Positions 55,711-64,000 of a stretch of DNA of 64,000 nucleotides are shown piece by piece. This stretch comes from Octopus vulgaris. Lineage: Eukaryota. Each line of letters begins with the position of its first letter. Position 1 is the stretch's first letter. Made by a program: the position numbers and the translations under genes. The DNA is taken from positions 68,510,001 to 68,574,000 of the forward strand of contig OX597820.1 of assembly GCA_951406725.2 (NCBI GenBank), written 5' to 3'. The notes beneath the pieces are model-generated. The model was not told the DNA's origin. It saw only the letters and a list, made by a program, of their open reading frames with translations, and did no database searches.

Positions 55711-57741
55711 ATTTTAGAGGTACCAAAAACATTTTCATGCATACGTGATCTAGTGTTATATTATATAACTTGAGTGATATGATGTAGTGCGCAAGCTGCT
55801 TCCAAATAGAGGGCATGAGTGTTTTGCTTTCTGTTTGGTTGAATCAATTTACCATAAAGAGCATCACTGAAGCTCTATGATCAGATTATGAAAACTTGTT
55901 CACTAGATATTCTCTGGATAGTAACACTTCCGCAGAGTTTATAACAATTCACTAAACACTATGGCGGTACATTTATTACTACTGTGCAAGTGCATTAAAA
56001 TTGTTGTATGTCTATCAAGCAACATGATGACATGTAAATTAAAATATATTGGAAAATTTATGTAGCAATTACTAATAGCCCTACATATTGATAACTCTGC
56101 TTGAAGACCTACTGAACCGCTGGAGGAATATTTAGCTAAAATGGGGGTATAATTGAAAAATGATATTTGTATTATAAATATTATAATTGATTGTTTTAGG
56201 TTTTGCGTTCCGTTAAATAAGTAATACATGTACACTACGTACGGTAGTGAATTGATTGTGTATAAGTTATTTGTTTCTGAGTTTTTGAATTGACAGTGAT
56301 ACATTTGAAGCAAGCTGTGAAATTGAGCAGAGTAGAATAAGAGAGAACAATTTCCTTCCTTGTTTGAAGGTACTTCTCTGAAATTACAACACACACACAC
56401 AAATATGCGCGCCCGTGTGTGTGTGTGTGAACGTGTATTTTTATGTGTGATCATACATTCTTTCATTTATGACATTGAACCAAACCTAAAGGAAATCGAT
56501 AACTTTGTACGGACAACTCGGTTTTTGATTCTCAATTGCAGCTATTCTACTTCAGTTACGTTGATAATGGTCTTGAGAAAGGCGTGAACGACACTGTCAT
56601 CCAGATTTCTCTCTTCTACATGTTTGATTCGTGTCTGGTATGAAATCGATAGCTGGATTTATGAAGCACATATAATTCTCCAAATACTTCCAGTTTAGTA
56701 ATCAATTTTTAACTATAAATGATACTAAAATCTATCTTATGATCGACAAGAAGTAATTCTTTCATTGCATACTGACTACATAAAACAGAATAATTTCTTT
56801 AATGGAGCCATAAAGCATAGCTATTCAAATAAATTGAAGCATCTCAAGATTTTATTACATATGAAATGATTTATCAATAATTTCATAGCTCTATTATGTA
56901 TATTTGAAAATCTTCAGCATGAATCTTATTTTCTTTGTGATCATGATTCCATAGAAACCATTATCTAAAATATTTAGGAAAATTTAGCAAAGGTGAATAA
57001 AATACTAAAAACGAAATATTCGAAAAGTTAACCTTTTATAATTGAGTATATTCAGTTATATACTTGCGCTTCTGAAATTTCAATTAGCTTTCATATACAT
57101 ATTATATACACATGAAAAGAGTAGATTTTTTTAGTCTTAAAAGAATCCTAATATATTAGGAATTTAACCATAAATTTATTTTCCTATATTTAATCAATAT
57201 AGATCAAGGTGAACATAATAAATTATATTTACCTCAAGCAATGAAAACTTACATGGGAAATACTCTGCAAATTTAAGGAAACCTGATATTATCGTAGAAT
57301 TTATATAAATCTTATTGTAATGTATTACTTTATATTGTATACTGCTTAGCATGATGATGATGATGATGATGATAAACTTGATTTAGTGGTGGGTGAATAT
57401 ACGTTCATACATAGATGCTCGTGTTCCCAAAAGTGAAATGTTTGCGCACAGCATTTAACCCACCAAGAAAGGATTTCAAAAACACATATATCTGAATGAT
57501 CAACTGAATATAGATTTATGCTTATGAAAAGTGGAAACACTTGCATTTTATCTAATACCAGTGACAAAAAAAAAAACCCACATTACCTAAGTGAAATTCT
57601 AACTTTAGGTACCTTGGATCATCTGAGCCAGCTTTTGACTGAATCATGAATAGAGGGATTGCATTAAAAACGTGTAGATTAAAAATATATATATAACTAG
57701 ATATTAAAATGCAAGACAATTGACGAGGATAATTACGCTGG

Positions 57742-57921
57742 AGGAAATGCTTAACGGTATTTGGTCTGTCGTTGCTACGTTCTGAGTTTAAATTCCGCCG
57801 AGGTCGACTTTACCTTTTATCCTTTCGGGGACGAAAAAATAAGTACGAGTTGAGGGTTGGGGTAGAATTAATCGACTAACCCCTCCCCAAAATTTCAGGC
57901 CTTGTGCCTACAGCAGAAAGG

Positions 57922-57922
<1 letters not shown>
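57742..57922 (+). mobile_element. SINE family B with (ATT)n tail
   Basis: gaaatgcttaacggtatt...aaattccgccgaggtcgac...gcagaaaggattatt. Confidence 0.8.
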
Positions 57923-57998
<76 letters not shown>

Positions 57999-58024
57999 CA
58001 TTATTATTATTATTATTATTATTA

Positions 58025-58336
58025 TTCTATGTTTGACTTTTGCTTTATATTTGTACAAGTTGGCTCCAAGTCTCACCCAGAGACCTCAAGAGACAACAGG
58101 TTGGAAGTTCATGTTGTTATGCCTAGTGTGCCATATATTTGTTTTTTTCTTTTTTTGGTGTTGTACTAGTGAATGTCTTAAAAGAAAGAAAATTATGTTT
58201 GTTTTAAACCTTGAGATTACATAGAAAGTATTTTGCGTAGAATATGAGCAGTTCCCACGAGCACTATCTTTTGAATTTCTGACATCTTTGGGTTTCCTGG
58301 TATCTGAGTTAGGTAGCAATCAGCCCCTTTTGCTAT
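58025..58336 (-). mobile_element. Severely 5'-truncated copy of the same R4/Dong family as 49723-51635
   Basis: Near identical to ~49723-50072, with small indels. Flanked by (ATT)n on both sides. Confidence 0.9.
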
Positions 58337-58353
58337 TGCTATGATTATTGTTG

Positions 58354-58421
<68 letters not shown>

Positions 58422-58884
58422 GTTGTTGTTGTTGTTGTTGTTAGTATTATTAGTATTATTATTATTATTGTTATTATTATTGTTTTACTTTCAATCTACA
58501 TGTTTGTTATAGCCACTTGCCGAGACACACCCAGCGTCATGGGGCAAGTGAAGGATAAGATATGTTATAGTATGACTGAAAGTTTGCGGATGGGAAGTAG
58601 CGAGATATCTTCAAGTAATACAACACAGACATATAAATGGATAGGATTTCTCTTAGACAGGGTTCTCCTGGGATCTTATCTAGATATTTCTGACATCCCT
58701 TTTAATCATACCTAGGTCACCTACAATAACATACCACATATTTTGTATTTCTATTTCCTTGTACTTATGCTTACTTGATTTGTCAAATTCATTGATCGGT
58801 GTATTTTTATCAGTGGGAACACTTACATCTATCAGTCAACAATTACTTTCTTCCCCGTTTTTAACAAATTATTATTATTATTAT

Positions 58885-59873
58885 TATTGTTTGATTATTC
58901 GTTTGTTCGTGGACAAGATATCTCAAGAACAGCTGGATGGATTCGGATGAAACTTTCAGGGATGATTGGCCACGTGACAGGCACGAACCGCCTAGATATT
59001 CGGATCGATCCGGTACTGGACAAGAATTCCATATTTAATTTACTTTACATGAAGTATTACGATATTACGTTCACTTTCAAGTCTTTCATTGATTATCTCC
59101 CTTGAAAGTACGCTCATAGTTTCCACGTAAGCTATGGCGGCGTTGTTGCTTCCAAAGTTTTATTTTCGTTTTATTCGTGTCTCTATCTTAGTAGAAACTG
59201 ATGGATAAAGAAATCAAACTACATAAACAACCGAAGCAAAACCGTTCAGAAATTAAATAACACTAACATATTTAGTAACAATAATAAATTTAAGTTATCC
59301 TCGACAATTTTTAGCTTCACCAATTTTGAATATATCGCTCCTGTTTAAAGCATTTTACCTACGTGACAGTTGCATTTCTAGCTCTGCCTTGAAGGAAGCT
59401 TTACTTCTTCGACTCACGTTTTTGTGGGCAACGATACTGTTAAACCTATGTTAACAGCATCGTATATATGTCCTTTTCGTTTTCTTTCAGGCACGGATAA
59501 TTATTTCAATATAGTCATTAATGGTCGTAAATATACTATTTCAGCGGATAGAATAAAAAAAGGCCTTCACAAAGAAAACTGTCACTATTTTACTGCAGAC
59601 GACACACACACAGCATTACAAACACTGCCTGCACACCCACTTTCACATTCCATGACTACCATTGGAATCGATCAGGTACCGGACAAAGATTCTGGATTAT
59701 TTTCCGTTTTTTTTTACATAATTTCTGAGAACAATCGGGTTCGCTCTTAGTATTCTTGCTTGCGAGAGCAGTTGAGTATATTTCAGATATTCTCATTTTA
59801 AAAATCATTCCCAACTAATCGTTGAGAGGACGTTGGTGTTGTCTTGGCGGAGGTTTGCTCTCACTGAGTGCTC

Positions 59874-59875
<2 letters not shown>
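58885..59875 (+). mobile_element. Helentron-associated non-autonomous element (HINE-like), interrupted
   Basis: gtttgttcgtggacaagatatctcaagaacagctggatggattcggatgaaactttcaggg at the start and terminal ggcggaggtttgctctcactgagtgctct resemble HINE-type elements. Confidence 0.45.
59380..59575 (+). pseudogene. Gypsy/Ty3 integrase C-terminal (GPY/F-like) remnant
   Basis: NDTVKPMLTASYICPFRFLSGTDNYFNIVINGRKYTISADRIK resembles (D)AVKPPLxxxYxGPFxVLxRxDKxFxIxINGxxxxISxDRLK. Confidence 0.6.
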
Positions 59876-59907
<32 letters not shown>

Positions 59908-61463
59908 CATCATGATCCTCCTCCCCCTCCACCGACTCATGATCATCATCATCATCTTCATAATCATAATAATTATTAGTGGTGGTGGTTGTAGTAGCAG
60001 TTGTAGTAGTAGTAATATTGGTAGTATTAGTAATAGTATTTATATTAGTATTAGTTGTAGTAGTAGTAGCAGCAGTAATGATGATGAGTAGATGCACGAT
60101 CAGATATTTTGGCGAGGATATTGAGTAGTCGATTAAATATCTTGGCTTCTTCATAGGTCTTTAATGATCAATTCACGGATGAAAGACATTTCAGTTGTTA
60201 CTAACCATTCTTTCCTTCCTTTGGCAGTTTTCAGAAGTGAATTATCTTATACATCCTTCCTATGTCTAGGAGTATATAATCTTTGCGGTAACATGAATTT
60301 AGCTGATACTCCTCGCACGATGAGATGCCAGACAAAAGTTCTAGAGTTTGCTCAAAGTCTACATATCTTTGTGAAAGCATGGTTGCATATTAGATTAAAG
60401 TTCTAAGATTTGGCTCCTTTTAATCAGTAACATTGTTTCTTAGAGAAAAAATTTGTTTAGTGTTTCATTTTTCGCGGGGCATTATATGCAAGGGAAACTA
60501 AATCTATTGGTGAGTGTAAAATAACATTTCTCTGGTTGCCCCTTCAGAAGATAATTTGCTTTCTTTATAATTATTCGATGATAATATAGAAAACAAAGTC
60601 ACTAAAGTGTTGTTAAAGAATAAGGAATTGGTTAGTCATTCAACTATAGCCGATGGATACGCCCAGTGTCAAATAAATGAAAGCAGATTTTTTTTTTGTG
60701 TGTAGTCTCACTAAAATGAACTGCTTAAGGGTAATTGTTAAAGTCTTTCAGATCCGTTTCTAGGCTTTTCCGTCAGTTAGTGTCAAATATTGCTGCTTTA
60801 GGTTTCCTTAAATTCGTCATTCCCTTTCCATGGCTCCCGGTGCGATGCTATCTTGATTTCCGACTGATGAGTTTCTTTTAACTTTTTTTTATTGTTTGTT
60901 TGTTTATGACATGATGAAACCAAGTGCATATTTCTTTATTCCTATATTAAATGACAAAGCAAGCTAACGAAATGAGAAAATATAAAGAAAATTATTTCTT
61001 TCTTTCGCTATTTAGATTTCCTGAAGACCACACCATAAACGAAAACATGTACCAAATTAAACTTTACTGAAAGACAAAAAAAAAAGTGGGAATGAAGAGG
61101 AGGTGATGTTCGTAGTTCTTGCTACTTATTTCGTTATTTTTCTAGTGTTTGTATTTTAATTTCAAAACTATAAAATTTAGTATTAATTACAGTCGCATAA
61201 CATTATTCCTGTTCAAATTACTAAAAGTTTAAATATGATTTTCAGCTTAAATAGACTTAAGAATACATTACTAAATAGAAGAATACTCACACAAACCTAT
61301 GTATATACATATACGTAAGTGTAGCCACTACACATTCTTTATTTTCTCTCATTGTTTCGTTCTGTGTTCCTTAATGTGGAAGAGCGTAGGCTCGAAGCGT
61401 TAAATACTTTTTCACTTCCCGAGCGTTATACTAATACATCTGTTAGTTGTCTACACCACCTGT

Positions 61464-61516
<53 letters not shown>

Positions 61517-61520
<4 letters not shown>

Positions 61521-61770
61521 AAGGGTGAAAAGGAACACACGAGTTGATATATATGAAAAAACAAGTCAAAATAGAAAATGCTAAAATAATTTTATAAAGA
61601 ACATTTCAGTACCGGTTTCGGTCATTTTGAGACCTTTTCAACTGTAACGATTAAATAATTAAATTTAGAAAAATTGGAAGAAAAGATTTTTTAAAGGAAT
61701 ATTTGCATAGTGTTCAGATATAAGTGGCATTCTGCCTTTCTCTGACTCCCTTGTTTGAACTTGTGTGTTG
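61517..61770 (-). mobile_element. (TA)n-flanked ~250-bp solo pLTR or retrozyme-like segment
   Basis: Bounded by (TA)n on both sides and contains a well-formed hammerhead motif. Confidence 0.55.
61607..61644 (-). ncRNA. Minimal type I hammerhead ribozyme with U3-A8 core variant
   Basis: Reverse strand: CAG-TTGAAAA-GGTC-tcaaaat-GACC-GAAA-CCGG-TA-CTG. Stem I CAG/CTG, stem II GGTC/GACC, palindromic stem III ACCGGT, GUA cleavage triplet. Confidence 0.72.
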
Positions 61771-62502
61771 TATATATATATCAGAACTTGCTGCCTAGAT
61801 AGGCAAGGTAGGCAGTGCCTACCTTGAATATATATGCAAAATATGCACCTAATTCAATAAAATTATGAAGGTTACTCTAAATACTATGCATAAATAGTTC
61901 AAAAATTTGAAAGCAATATTTATTCCACAGTACATTCCATTTATGTTGGTGATGTTGTTGTTGCTGTTGTTGTTAGTGCTACTGGTGTTATTAAACCCGG
62001 GTAGAACCTGATAAAGCTGTTAAAAAATTTAAAACATCCGATTTGTGACCATCTCGTCTATCTGGGTACCATGGAATGGCTAATAATTGTGACCTTGTAG
62101 ACATTTAAGACGATAAGGTGTGATTTGAAGGACCTAGATTGCCATTTCCAGACGAACAGGTGAACATGAAGAGGATCCGTCTTTGGTTTGTGTATGCGTA
62201 TACTGCATGGTTGTGCGAGAGGAAAATTAATTTGTCGTAGGATTCAGATAGGCTAAATCTGCAAAACAGAAATTCTTACAGAGTTGCAAACATTTGGATC
62301 AATTCGTCTGTCCATGAAAACATTTTTGTTATAAGTTATAGACGCTCGAAAAAGGAGTTAAGGCTGATGATGTGACCTCTAAGTAGGCCACTGAATCAGT
62401 CTTTGACCACTTCTTGAGTTCATGATTTACTTTGAAAGTGTCCCCACCATAATCAGATAAAGTTACTTACAACTTATCTAACTTTTCAATTCATCAACTC
62501 CG

Positions 62503-62673
62503 AACAATATTTTGATTTCAAATTTTGTTACAAGCGGTTACTTATTTTATTGACCTCGAAAAGATGAAAGTAAAGTTGACCTCGGCGGCTTTTAAACTAA
62601 AAAAAACCCTAAAGATACACAAAATACCGCAAAGCATTTTCCTGGTGCAGTAATGCTTCTTCCGGCTCGCTGC
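62503..62673 (-). mobile_element. SINE family B, degenerate
   Basis: gacctcgaaaagatgaaagtaaagttgacctcggcgg...ccggctcgctgc. Confidence 0.6.
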
Positions 62674-64000
62674 TTTACTTCAAATTGAGATATTAATGAT
62701 TAATTATAACACCTATCTGCATTTAGTTTCATTAAATTATTTTCGGATAAGAACACTCTTTGGTATCCAGTTAAAATTAGTTCAGCTAAAATCAATAAAA
62801 TGAGTTCAATGGAATAACAGAATAAAAAAACAACTATACTAATGCCCCACAAATAATTAGCCTGGTACCAGTGTAAGAATGATTATTTCGAAAGAAACAA
62901 AAACGAGTTATTATTTTTTTTGTGACTAAATTGTTTTACCCGTTTAACTGTAGTACATTTGAAGATTCCATTGGAAAAATATAAACCTAACTTTAAAATC
63001 AGACCTAATTCTATTTAATCTGAAACGACTGTTTTCAGTTAAAGCGACGTATTCTTTGCTTTTTTTGTAGAATAGTTTTGAAGATTTTATTCAGGGATAG
63101 GCAACGCTGATGTCTGTTTACAGTGGAATTATAAGAAAAACATCCATTCTGGTAAATGACGAATACTTAAGATGATGGGCAGATTGTTCACAGGGGAAAG
63201 AAAAACTAGAAAAATAAAGAATAACGAGAAGCAATGAGGCAAAATAAAAATAATTAAATATACGATACAGCAAAACTAAAACTAATTTCTTCGAGATGTC
63301 AGAGTTTAAAACTTACGTCAAAACTTCAATCCCCCTCGGGCAAATATTAAAGAAGAAAAATATTCCTTATATTTACGAAGGGTTTACCTTCATGCCGCTG
63401 AGAACATTATCCCCAACTCTCTGTTTCTTTTTCCTTTTGCATTTGTTTTGCAACTTAAAAGTCGAGGAAATGTGAAATATTTTCGCTATGTTTTAGCAAA
63501 TTACTTGTTTTGTACTCGATGACATTTGATGCCGTCACGCATCATCATTGCCTCAGAATTTATTCTGAGAAGAGTTGCCAGAGGAGGAGAAAAATGACTC
63601 CTTTTGCTAATACATGAATTTATCTATACAGATTGTGATGTAAACATGAGTTTGTCGAATAAGTGAACGAAATAGCAAAGCAAAAATAAAAAGAATATGA
63701 GAGAAAATATATGTGAAAAGTTTGACAATATTTTATTTATTTATATATTTTCTGTCTCTCTCTTTTATGTGAATGAATATATAAATATAAATCTTAAACT
63801 AACAGAATAAACAAATAATTTGTTTCCTGAACGCAAAAAATATTTGCATTTTCTACTTTCGCCATTTAACTTGATACATAGGTGCACATAAACAAAGAAA
63901 CGCGCACGCATACCCTCATACGCGCACACACACACACATATACACACATACACACTCATACACACGAACACATACACGGGAACATTCCAAACATATATAC

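Noticed and set aside
55939-56466. 175-aa minus-strand ORF
   Set aside because: Begins in a (CA)n repeat, has AT-rich non-coding composition and shows no domain.
61330-61470. Hammerhead-like GAGC-gtag-GCTC-GAAG segment (similar relic at ~10840-10960)
   Set aside because: Core boxes are not intact; it may be a decayed pLTR but cannot be supported.
62358-62406. Hammerhead-like CTGATGA-stem-GAAT motif
   Set aside because: The GAAA box is mutated, stems I and III are poor, and there is no supporting context.

Overview
AT-rich, microsatellite-saturated animal genomic DNA. The SINE families and the (TA)n/(ATT)n density resemble octopus or other cephalopod genomes; this is inference, not a database result. 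No host protein-coding exon can be supported, and nearly all short ORFs in the track are microsatellite artefacts. The window is a transposon landscape. (1) A young, near-intact Penelope-like element (PLE; RT plus C-terminal GIY-YIG with a Neptune-type Cys-rich linker) spans 14132-19670 in partial-tandem form, with 1265-bp direct repeats. Each repeat carries a CCAAT/TATA promoter and a minimal type I hammerhead ribozyme with a variant core, and the element sits inside (TA)n. It has an extra ~430-codon upstream ORF that overlaps an AUG-less RT frame in the -1 register at a slippery U7/A7 site. (2) Further short hammerhead-bearing segments lie in (TA)n tracts, one with a compensatory U3-A8 core. 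(3) Several R4/Dong-type RLE retrotransposon copies are all inserted in (TAA)n in the same relative orientation. (4) There are decayed hAT (Buster/Charlie-like), mariner, Tc1, L1/Tx1, RTE, Gypsy and Helentron-like remnants, many tRNA-derived SINEs, and a fold-back MITE. (5) An unexplained CpG-rich island lies at ~19950-20290.
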